Shown piece after piece: positions 25,794-33,791 of a DNA stretch of 46,037 bases. Under the pieces are notes generated by a model. That model was not told where the DNA came from, searched no databases, and was given only the letters and a program-made list of their open reading frames with translations. The position numbers and the translations under genes were made by a program. How positions within the stretch are numbered: position 1 is the stretch's first letter; the number at the start of each line of letters is the position of its first letter. This DNA is from Verrucomicrobiota bacterium (GTDB lineage Bacteria > Verrucomicrobiota > Verrucomicrobiia > Chthoniobacterales > UBA10450). The stretch is taken from the NCBI GenBank assembly GCA_003218885.1, contig QHOV01000154.1:1-46037 (forward strand), read 5' to 3'.

Positions 25794-27437
25794 CTAGCGC
25801 GCTGCTGGATTCTGTGCGTTCCCGACAAAGTCCGGTGCTTTGCCTGGGAAGAATTCCTTAAAGACCTTTGCGCTGAGGAAAAGCTTAGACGGGTCCTGAT
25901 AGTTCCGGATTGTGAGCATCTCGGTGTAGTAGGTGCCTTTCAACTTTGATTCGACATCTTTGATTTTGTCTTGTTGCACGAGGAGAAAATCGCCATCGAG
26001 GTTCGCCGGCATGTTGCCTCCTTCGTAGTAGCCGACTCGATCGAAATCGCCCAGAACCCACGGAAGCGGGTAAACACTGGACCGGATCAGATGACCGGTG
26101 AGGTGATAGTAAGCCGGATCGCGTTTTGCCAACTTAAGCAGCGGCTTGCTCAGCTTAAAAATGTCGTTGTATGTCTGGACGTAGGCGTATGGCTCATCGG
26201 GTGACGAGCACCGGAAGTAGTTTAGCCAGATGGATGAGCCGAACGAAATGCACAAAAGAACGCCTATTGTGCGATGCGCTATACGCAGATGCTTTGGGCG
26301 AACCAGGAGCACCGCCCCCCCAAAGATAAACAGGAATGGCCAGCCGAAACTGATTATGCACCAAGGCGTCTTGTATTTGACGTAGCTGTAGGCAACCAAG
26401 GTTCCGACGCCGTAGATCGCCAGGTAACGCAAACTGAGGTCCTTAAATTTTTGGCAAAACAGGCACAGAATTAATCCGGCCAGCATTGGCAGTTCGTAAC
26501 CAAAAAAATCTGACCGGCGGATTTCCCACGTCGGTCCCATCAATTTCAACCAGTAATCCCACGCTTTTTCATGGCCGTGGCCGGCTGCGCCGGTCTCGGT
26601 CCACGCCTTGAACGCTTGATACAGACCTCTAACACCATTCCAGTTAAAGAACGTTCCCGAATAGAAAAATATGATCGCGGCGGCACCGACACCAAGAACC
26701 ATTGCGAGATCGATCCAAGTCCAAGTTTGCTTTGCCGGCTTCGCGTCCGGGACGCGGCTTACGGCATAGGAAACCGCCAGGACCGGAATCGCAAGGACCG
26801 CGCAGGCGAGATGGATGGCGTAGGTCTCCTTGGTCAGAATCATGCCGGCTACTCCCATTCCGGCATACCAGAGGTAATTCAGCCTACCCAATTTCCACAA
26901 GCCGAGCAGTCCCAGGATGAACATGATCGAGAAGAATTCCAGCCACACTTCGTGAATTGCGTAGCGTCCGTAAAAGACGAATCCCGGAGAGACCGCCATG
27001 GCCAGCGCTGCTATTCGGCTTACGTTTCGTCCGACTAGTGGCTCGAACTTCAACATCAGCCAGACGCAACCGATGCTCACCAGCACAACGGGCAATCGCA
27101 ACGCCCACAAGTTCCGGCCAAATAAACTCTGCGAAAGCAGCAGGACGTAAAAGTGAAGCGGCCCGTGATAGTTCGTCGGGTCGTACCTGTAGAATCCATT
27201 CTTCATCACCTGATCGACAAACCACCCGTTGATGCCTTCATCAAAGTGCGGCGGCTTGATACCCAGAAGAAAAAAGCGTAGGAACACTGCCAGCCCGAGA
27301 ATCGCCCACGGGACCCAATCGGTTCCCGCCAGCGCATTCTGCCAGTGCTCTACGTAACGGCGCAGTCCCGCGCTTGCGGGAGAAGATTCTACTGGCGCGC
27401 TCTTGTCGGCGCTGCTAGTACGCGCTGCCATGCGCAT
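25794..27437 (-). CDS. GT-C fold membrane glycosyltransferase-like protein (ArnT/PMT-related, TIGR03663/Agl23-like family)
   Basis: The N-terminal region has 'PPHFDEGINGWF' (DE dipeptide) and 'NYHGPLHFY' (HGP tripeptide), then many TM helices and a C-terminal soluble domain. Candidate starts are 27431, 27437, 27464 and 27473, and all overlap rfbB. Confidence 0.75.
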   Translation of the reverse strand: MRMAARTSSADKSAPVESSPASAGLRRYVEHWQNALAGTDWVPWAILGLAVFLRFFLLGIKPPHFDEGINGWFVDQVMKNGFYRYDPTNYHGPLHFYVLLLSQSLFGRNLWALRLPVVLVSIGCVWLMLKFEPLVGRNVSRIAALAMAVSPGFVFYGRYAIHEVWLEFFSIMFILGLLGLWKLGRLNYLWYAGMGVAGMILTKETYAIHLACAVLAIPVLAVSYAVSRVPDAKPAKQTWTWIDLAMVLGVGAAAIIFFYSGTFFNWNGVRGLYQAFKAWTETGAAGHGHEKAWDYWLKLMGPTWEIRRSDFFGYELPMLAGLILCLFCQKFKDLSLRYLAIYGVGTLVAYSYVKYKTPWCIISFGWPFLFIFGGAVLLVRPKHLRIAHRTIGVLLCISFGSSIWLNYFRCSSPDEPYAYVQTYNDIFKLSKPLLKLAKRDPAYYHLTGHLIRSSVYPLPWVLGDFDRVGYYEGGNMPANLDGDFLLVQQDKIKDVESKLKGTYYTEMLTIRNYQDPSKLFLSAKVFKEFFPGKAPDFVGNAQNPAAR

Positions 27438-28419
27438 CCTTGTAACCGGTGGCTGCGGATTCATCGGGAGCAACTTTATTCGATATATTTTGCAACATTA
27501 CAAGCCCGCGTATGTGACCAATGTGGATGTGCTCACTTACGCGGGCAATCTCGCCAATCTCGATGGCGTGGTCGAGGAACATGGCGAACGCTACGAATTT
27601 TTCAAAGCCGACATCGCAAACGCCGACCAGATGGACGCTCTGATGACCGAGCATCAATTTTACGCGGTAATCAATTTCGCCGCTGAGTCGCACGTCGATC
27701 GCAGCATCAATTCGCCGCTCAATTTCATCCACACCAACGTCATCGGAACGAGCGTGCTGCTGGACTGCGTGCGCCGCCACGGCGTCCAGCGCTTTATTCA
27801 GATCTCGACAGACGAAGTCTATGGCTCGCTTGGGCCAACCGGGAAATTCACCGAGCAATCGCCACTCGATCCCAGTTCACCGTATTCAGCGAGCAAAGCC
27901 GGCGCCGATCTTCTGGTAATCGCTTCCTACAAGACTTACGCCCAGGAAGTGCTGGTCACGCGATGCTCGAACAATTACGGCCCGTACCAGTTCCCGGAAA
28001 AACTAATTCCGCTCATGATAATCAAGGCGCTCCGCGACGAGCCGCTTCCGGTCTATGGCGACGGTATGAATGTGCGCGATTGGATCCATGTGAACGATCA
28101 TTGCGCCGCCATTGTCGCCGCGCTTTTCGAAGGGAAACCGGGGCAGATTTACAATTTTGGCGGCGACAGTGAAATGACGAACATCGATCTGGTAAAAATG
28201 ATTCTCGATCAGCTGGGCAAACCGCACAGCCTCATTTCGTTCGTGCCGGACAGACTTGGCCACGATCGCCGGTACGCCATGGACTCCTCATTCGCGCAAC
28301 GGGAATTAAACTGGAAACCGCGCTGTAATTTCAAAGAAGGGTTGGACGAAACGATTCAGTGGTACGTTGACAATCCATCCTGGTGGCAACCTTTGCTGGA
28401 GCGTACGGGAAGATATTGA
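27430..28419 (+). CDS. rfbB: dTDP-glucose 4,6-dehydratase
   Basis: 'MRILVTGGCGFIGSNF', 'AAESHVDRSI', 'YSASKA', 'NNYGPYQFPEKLIP'. Confidence 0.95.
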   Translation: MRILVTGGCGFIGSNFIRYILQHYKPAYVTNVDVLTYAGNLANLDGVVEEHGERYEFFKADIANADQMDALMTEHQFYAVINFAAESHVDRSINSPLNFIHTNVIGTSVLLDCVRRHGVQRFIQISTDEVYGSLGPTGKFTEQSPLDPSSPYSASKAGADLLVIASYKTYAQEVLVTRCSNNYGPYQFPEKLIPLMIIKALRDEPLPVYGDGMNVRDWIHVNDHCAAIVAALFEGKPGQIYNFGGDSEMTNIDLVKMILDQLGKPHSLISFVPDRLGHDRRYAMDSSFAQRELNWKPRCNFKEGLDETIQWYVDNPSWWQPLLERTGRY

Positions 28420-28427
28420 ACTGTGGC

Positions 28428-28480
28428 GGCGGTTTCTGACCGCCGATTTTATGTAGCGACGATCGGAGATCGCCGCTACA
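28428..28480. repeat. Family-4-like composite repeat
   Basis: GGCGGTTTCTGACCGCC hairpin, followed by the near-palindrome TGTAGCGACGATCGGAGATCGCCGCTACA, between rfbB and rfbD. Confidence 0.65.
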
Positions 28481-28485
28481 GAACG

Positions 28486-29358
28486 ATGAAAATTGTCGTC
28501 ATTGGATCGGCTGGCCGACTCGGCGCTGCGCTAGTGCGCGAATATCAAGGCAAATATGACGTCGCCGGATTCAATCACGCACAACTTGATCTCTCGAATC
28601 TTGATAAGATTCGCGGGAAGATCGGTGGGACACAATTCGATGTACTCGTTAACGCTGCCGCATTTACCAATGTCGATCTTTGCGAAACACAGCCTGATCA
28701 GGCTTTTCGGATCAACGCCGAAGCGCCGCGTGTGCTCGCCGAGATTTGCGGGAAGAAAAACGCGAAGCTGATTCACTTCAGCACGGATTACGTATTCGAT
28801 GGGGAAAAACGCGCACCGTACACCGAGGAAGATGAAGCGGATCCGATCAGCGTTTACGGCGAATCGAAGCTGGCCGGAGAAAAGAATGTACTCGCCGCGC
28901 AAAACCGGCATCTTATTGTGCGCGTTTCCTGGGTGTTTGGTCCTGATCGGCCGAGTTTTATCGACGGAATGATCAAGCGAGCGCAGGAAAATGAAACAGT
29001 CGATGCAATCGCGGACAAATTTTCCACGCCTACCTACACTCACGACATCGCCAAGATGTTGCCGCAGTTTTTCGATGGCGAGGTCGAAGGCGGCATTCTG
29101 CATTTCGCCAATGCGGGCGAATGCAGTTGGCAGGAGTACGCACAATGGGCGCTGGACTGTTGCAGAGAGTTTGGCGTGCCGGCGAAAGCGAAAACGGTGG
29201 GCGCGCTTACATTGAACGACATGAAAGATTGGGTCGCGCGCCGCCCGGTTTATTCAGTGCTTTCCACCGCCAAATATACCCAACTCACCGGCACGCCACC
29301 TCGCACTTGGCGAGAACCGGTTGCTGATTATATTAGGCGCTTCTATTCCAAAAAATGA
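28486..29358 (+). CDS. rfbD: dTDP-4-dehydrorhamnose reductase
   Basis: 'MKIVVIGSAGRLG', 'NAAAFTNVD.CE', 'STDYVFDG', 'YGESKLAGE'. ATG 28486 is preferred over the track GTG 28423, which runs through an intergenic repeat. Confidence 0.92.
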   Translation: MKIVVIGSAGRLGAALVREYQGKYDVAGFNHAQLDLSNLDKIRGKIGGTQFDVLVNAAAFTNVDLCETQPDQAFRINAEAPRVLAEICGKKNAKLIHFSTDYVFDGEKRAPYTEEDEADPISVYGESKLAGEKNVLAAQNRHLIVRVSWVFGPDRPSFIDGMIKRAQENETVDAIADKFSTPTYTHDIAKMLPQFFDGEVEGGILHFANAGECSWQEYAQWALDCCREFGVPAKAKTVGALTLNDMKDWVARRPVYSVLSTAKYTQLTGTPPRTWREPVADYIRRFYSKK

Positions 29359-30014
29359 AAACACACATCCTTGCTTTTACCCTGTCGATCACCGTTTGCT
29401 TTGGCGCGCGCGCCGAATTGAAATGGGACAAGACTGAAGTCGAGCTGCATCCGACCCCCGCCGACAAACAGGCGGTGGGCCATTTCACGTATCAGAACAC
29501 CGGCAAGGAGCCAGTTCACTTTAAATCTGTCCACGCGTCTTGCGGTTGCACGACTGCACAAACTCAAAAGGACCTGGTGCCGCCCGGAGACAAAGGCGAG
29601 ATCACGGCCACATTTAACATTGGCGATCGCACCGGCACTCAGGTGAAAACGGTGACTGTGGAAAGCGATGATCCCACGAATCCGAAGACGGTCCTTACTC
29701 TGCGGACAATCATCCCGCAGCAACTGGAGATAACGCCAACGTTTGTTTTCTGGAAGCAAGGCGAAAAGCCGGATCCAAAAACGATCACGGTAAAAGTGGG
29801 CAAGGAGTTTACCGTGAACCATATCAAGGTCACGTCATCGAGTCCGGATTTTCAAGCCAAGGTGGAGGAAGCCGGTAAGGGCGAGTTCAAAATCGATGTC
29901 CAACCCAAAGAGACGAACAACCTCGTCGCTTCGACGCTGACGATTCAACCGGAGGATTCACAGAAGGTATTTTATGCCACTGCGCGCATCACTAATGCGC
30001 CAGCTGTTCAATAG
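29355..30014 (+). CDS. DUF1573 domain-containing secreted protein
   Basis: Signal peptide, then 'HFTYQNTGKEPVHFKSVHASCGCTTA' (the characteristic CGCT motif). ATGA overlap with the rfbD stop. Confidence 0.8.
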   Translation: MKTHILAFTLSITVCFGARAELKWDKTEVELHPTPADKQAVGHFTYQNTGKEPVHFKSVHASCGCTTAQTQKDLVPPGDKGEITATFNIGDRTGTQVKTVTVESDDPTNPKTVLTLRTIIPQQLEITPTFVFWKQGEKPDPKTITVKVGKEFTVNHIKVTSSSPDFQAKVEEAGKGEFKIDVQPKETNNLVASTLTIQPEDSQKVFYATARITNAPAVQ

Positions 30015-30017
30015 ATA

Positions 30018-30443
30018 GTGACATCTTCGCTGGTCCGGCAGGCTCTCATTCTTGCAGCGCTGGCGCTTCTTCCAGGGCTGGGCGAGGCGATTTATTTTCG
30101 CCACAAAATATCCTGGCAATCGGCCATCCCGCCATCGGAATTGGTTACCGTCGCTCAAGAGCACGCATGGGGCGAAAACGTTATCTGGGTGGATGCCCGC
30201 CCGGATGAGGAGTTCGCGCGCGATCACGTTCCCGGTGCGCTTTCATTGAATGAAGACCGGTGGAACGAATTGCTGCCGCAGTTTTTGGCAGCGTGGTCGC
30301 CGGGAAGAAAGATCGTCGTCTATTGCAGCAGCCTGAGTTGCAACGCAAGCCGGGAAATTGCCCGCCGCCTACGCAAGCAGGCGCAGCTTCCGGACGTGTT
30401 TGTGCTCGAAGGCGGATGGGAAGCGTGGCTCAAAAGCAAGTGA
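30018..30443 (+). CDS. Rhodanese-like domain protein with N-terminal membrane anchor or signal
   Basis: 'VIWVDARPDEEFARDHVPGALSL', 'IVVYCSSLSCNASREIA' (rhodanese active-site-loop region). GTG start 3 nt after the preceding stop. Confidence 0.75.
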   Translation: MTSSLVRQALILAALALLPGLGEAIYFRHKISWQSAIPPSELVTVAQEHAWGENVIWVDARPDEEFARDHVPGALSLNEDRWNELLPQFLAAWSPGRKIVVYCSSLSCNASREIARRLRKQAQLPDVFVLEGGWEAWLKSK

Positions 30444-30460
30444 CGAGTGAACGGTGACAA

Positions 30461-30931
30461 GTGATGAGCGGGCCCTCAACTCTCAACGTTCAACTCTCAA
30501 CTCGTCCACAATTCCCCTCGCGAATTGTGGACGTAATTGTTGCCGGCATTTTCATTTACTCCGGTGCGATCAAAGCACTCGATCCGGTTCAGTTCGCCAG
30601 CGACATCGACAATTACAAAATTGTGCCGTGGCCCGTTAGTGTCGTGCTGGCCTTTTATTTGCCGTGGCTGGAAATCTTCTGTGGAATTGCGCTTATTATG
30701 CGGCGTCTTTATCTCGGCGGATTGTCGATCTTAGCCGCACTGATCTCAGTGTTTATTATCGCCACCGTCGCCGCAAAAGTTCGCGGGCTGGACATCACCT
30801 GCGGTTGCTTTGGTCATGCAAGCAAGAACTGGAGCTTCTCCACTCATCTGGGGCTCGACCTGGTTTTGCTCGGACTCGTGATTTTTCTACTGCGCGCGCG
30901 CGGGCAAAACTCCGCTGCCAGCGAGCGGTAG
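30461..30931 (+). CDS. MauE/DoxX-family membrane protein
   Basis: Four hydrophobic helices. 'GAIKALDPVQFASDIDNYKIVPW' and 'CGCFG' are typical of the MauE family. Confidence 0.75.
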   Translation: MMSGPSTLNVQLSTRPQFPSRIVDVIVAGIFIYSGAIKALDPVQFASDIDNYKIVPWPVSVVLAFYLPWLEIFCGIALIMRRLYLGGLSILAALISVFIIATVAAKVRGLDITCGCFGHASKNWSFSTHLGLDLVLLGLVIFLLRARGQNSAASER

Positions 30932-30969
30932 AAATGTAGAATGCCGTGGGTTCACGGAAGGCGGCATCT

Positions 30970-32031
30970 ATGAAGATGGGGAAAATGAGGGAGCTCTCAC
31001 ACGCCGCGCGCGATTGGCTGCGAAAAGTTCGAAAAGCGGGACGCGAGCTTTTCATGATCGACCGGGCAATCGCGGCGATCATCAGACTTCCGGTGGTGAT
31101 CTCGTTGGGCGCGGTTCGTCACGCGCCGCGTGGCTGTCGAACGAAAATCCTTCGAGGCGCGATTCGTTCCGTTTCTAGGCCGGCTCCGACTGGATCTGGC
31201 GAAGTTTGCGAGATCAATTCATTGGCCGATTTCAATTCGGGCTACGCGCGGTTGGCGGCGATGCTCGGACAAGCCGGCAGGGGCCCCTCGCCGGGAGAGG
31301 TGGAGTTTCTAAGTTCAATCGCAAAGCGTCGGACCAGCTATCCCGGCACCGTTGGGCGGAGCGATTATCTTTTCCTGAGCGCGTTGGTCAGCATCCTCGC
31401 CCCGCAACGCGTGATCGAAATCGGGACGCTGACTGGCTTTTCCGCGGCAATTATTGCGGCTGCGCTTGCGCGCCGGCATGGCGGCGACGGCACGAGCTGG
31501 GTTGATACAATCGATATTAACGTCGAGTGCGCCATTGACAGAACACGCCTCAGCGGTTTCGAAATTCCGGAGACATTTCCGGAACTTGTGCCGCTGATTC
31601 GCTTGCACGTGCCGCGCGATGCAACTTTCGTTTTGCAAATCGCCAAACGCGACGAATTGCAGGTTATCTTTATTGACGCGGACCACCGGCACCCTCTGCC
31701 GCTGCTTGATTTGCTCCGGGTGGCGCCTTGCGTCAGGAGCGGAGGTTGGATCGTGCTCCACGATATTCAATGGGGCACCATAGGTCGCAGAGCAGCAGAA
31801 GCTGGTGAGTCGTTGTGGTGGGGGCCATCCTATGGAGCGGAATGGCTTTTCATTTATTGGCCATTTCGCAAAATCAGCGGCGGCAACATTGGGGCCGTCC
31901 AACTACCGCATGAAAAGAGCGCGCTCGTTCCGTTTGCGCTGTACATGATGTCGATCCAATTCGAGATCGTGGATAAGCATGCCCGCACCATGCGACGCGC
32001 ACTCTACGAGAGTCTCGGCGCGCTGGGCTGA
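30970..32031 (+). CDS. Class I SAM-dependent (family-3 O-methyltransferase-like) methyltransferase with an unrecognised N-terminal ~120 aa
   Basis: 'VIEIGTLTGFSAAIIAAAL' (motif I) and 'VIFIDADHR'. The start is uncertain (GTG 30946, ATG 30970, ATG 31054). Confidence 0.65.
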   Translation: MKMGKMRELSHAARDWLRKVRKAGRELFMIDRAIAAIIRLPVVISLGAVRHAPRGCRTKILRGAIRSVSRPAPTGSGEVCEINSLADFNSGYARLAAMLGQAGRGPSPGEVEFLSSIAKRRTSYPGTVGRSDYLFLSALVSILAPQRVIEIGTLTGFSAAIIAAALARRHGGDGTSWVDTIDINVECAIDRTRLSGFEIPETFPELVPLIRLHVPRDATFVLQIAKRDELQVIFIDADHRHPLPLLDLLRVAPCVRSGGWIVLHDIQWGTIGRRAAEAGESLWWGPSYGAEWLFIYWPFRKISGGNIGAVQLPHEKSALVPFALYMMSIQFEIVDKHARTMRRALYESLGALG

Positions 32032-32206
32032 ATATTCGGCCGGCAACAAAAAAGATCGCAACCAGATGGAATATTCTCCGCGAGGTGATCGCGCCAGGCG
32101 ATACGCATGCGTTAGTCCCATTAGCAGGAAGGCTTGAGCCCGGTCTCGATGAGATCGTCTTGCGGACACGCGGAGTCCGCTTGGTTTGCGAATATTCGAT
32201 GGGCTC

Positions 32207-32356
32207 ATGATCAGGAAACTGAAATCTGGCAAGTATCGGCTGTATTCTCGCAAGAAAAATCCAAAAACGGGTAAGCGCAGAAACCTCGGCACCTTCAAGA
32301 CAAAGGCTGCGGCAAAGAAACACGAGAAGGCGGTGCAGTACTTTAAACGCCATTGA
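32207..32356 (+). CDS. Small (49 aa) highly basic protein, absent from the ORF track
   Basis: Hand translation gives MIRKLKSGKYRLYSRKKNPKTGKRRNLGTFKTKAAAKKHEKAVQYFKRH*. The sequence looks protein-like and resembles a small conserved basic protein type I recall from other soil bacteria (from memory, unverified). Confidence 0.5.
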   Translation: MIRKLKSGKYRLYSRKKNPKTGKRRNLGTFKTKAAAKKHEKAVQYFKRH

Positions 32357-32405
32357 CTCCTTTCACGGCGACGATAAAACAGCGATAGAAAGGAGACCAA
32401 TCGAT

Positions 32406-32666
32406 ATGCACATGCTGGTTCGTCACAAAGTTGCTGATTTCGCCAAATGGAAACCCGTCTATGACGACCATCTTTCGGCACGACAGAAGGCCGGGCTAAA
32501 CGAGGTTAATCTTTTGCGAAACATCGAGAATCCAAATGAAGTCAGTCTGCTGTTTTCAGTGGAAGATCCTGAGAAGGCGAAAGCGTTCGCCGCTTCGGAT
32601 GACCTGCGCCAAGCAATGCAAAAGGCGGGAGTGAGCGACAAGCCTGACGTCTATTTTCTCGAGTAG
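32406..32666 (+). CDS. Small cytoplasmic protein, probably a ferredoxin-like (dimeric alpha/beta-barrel, ABM-like) fold
   Basis: 86 aa. Good SD (AAGGAG) 9 nt upstream. 'MHMLVRHKVADFAKWKPVYD' resembles small ABM-type proteins. The family is not firmly recognised. Confidence 0.6.
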   Translation: MHMLVRHKVADFAKWKPVYDDHLSARQKAGLNEVNLLRNIENPNEVSLLFSVEDPEKAKAFAASDDLRQAMQKAGVSDKPDVYFLE

Positions 32667-32738
32667 TCGCGAATACACATAGAATTTCGTGCCTTGGATC
32701 AAGTGTCCAAGGCGCGACAATATATCCCCAGGAAGCAA

Positions 32739-33791
32739 ATGAATCCCCGACTGCTGCTTCGATACGCTCTTTGCGTGGCTGTCCTTGCGGCTGTGGGATG
32801 CGGGCGAAAATCGGCGAGTCAGGTTGTCAGCGGGTCCCCCTCGCCATCAATGTCGCCGGGGATGACTCCGACGCGATCGCCGGCTGTCGCGCCGTCAACC
32901 ACTCCATCGCCTGGAGCAAAAGCCAATCAAAGTCCGTCGTCCGATTTAGCGAAACTGGAAACAAGGGTCCGGCCTTCGGTGATTTGGGTGACCGTCTTTG
33001 ATGCAAAAGGGAATTTGCTGCGAACGCAAAGCGGCTTTTTTATTTCGGCAGATGGCCGACTGGCCACTACGGCGCGCGCAATCGAGGGCGCAATCAATGC
33101 TGTCGCAAAGACGGCAGACGGCGGAATCCATAATGTCAGTGGGATTCTCGCGGCTTCGAAAGCATTGGATCTGGCAGTTCTACAGGCCGACGTAAAGCAG
33201 GTCACATTTGTTGAACGAAATAAGAACGGCAATCTATCCCAGGGTGCGGGCGTGGTAGTGATCGGTAGCGCACTGGCCGGAAACGAGGGTAGTGCTCGTG
33301 AAATGACGATTGCTTCGCAGGATCCCGAGCGTCTGGAAATTACCGGAGCGACTCCTGCTAGTTCGGTCGGATCTCCTATCGTAAACGGAGATGGCGAAGT
33401 CGTTGGCGTCGTTACATCAGCGGGGGAAAAAACCATTGCTCGTCCTTCAGCCGCACTGGACTCATTGTTGTCTCGCGTTTCGGACGAAACCGAGCCCAAC
33501 TGGCCAGGAACAGCCGAAACGCGCGGCACTCCACGGCCAACACTGAAACCGCGACTGGTCTATGCGCCTGCGCCAGCTTTTCCGCCCAGGGCTGCTCAGC
33601 CTGGCCTTTCGGGAACAGGTCGCTTTCGTCTAACTTTCGATGCACAAGGAAACGTAACGAATGTTCAGATGATTCAATCCACAGGGAATCGGCTCTTTGA
33701 TGAAGCTGCGACTAATACGCTTCGACAATGGAAATCTTCCCCCAGCCAGGGATGGGTAGTGACAGTTCCTGTGACATTTCAAACCAGATGA
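32739..33791 (+). CDS. Lipoprotein with a Ser/Pro-rich linker, a trypsin-like (S1C-type) domain lacking catalytic residues, and a TonB C-terminal domain
   Basis: Lipobox 'LAAVGC'. Chymotrypsin-fold pattern 'SGFFISADGRLATTARAI', 'LDLAVLQ', 'SSVGSPIVNGDGEVVGVV'. C-terminal 'GTGRFRLTFDAQGNVTNVQMIQSTGNRLFDEAATNTLRQWK' is TonB_C-like. Confidence 0.7.
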   Translation: MNPRLLLRYALCVAVLAAVGCGRKSASQVVSGSPSPSMSPGMTPTRSPAVAPSTTPSPGAKANQSPSSDLAKLETRVRPSVIWVTVFDAKGNLLRTQSGFFISADGRLATTARAIEGAINAVAKTADGGIHNVSGILAASKALDLAVLQADVKQVTFVERNKNGNLSQGAGVVVIGSALAGNEGSAREMTIASQDPERLEITGATPASSVGSPIVNGDGEVVGVVTSAGEKTIARPSAALDSLLSRVSDETEPNWPGTAETRGTPRPTLKPRLVYAPAPAFPPRAAQPGLSGTGRFRLTFDAQGNVTNVQMIQSTGNRLFDEAATNTLRQWKSSPSQGWVVTVPVTFQTR

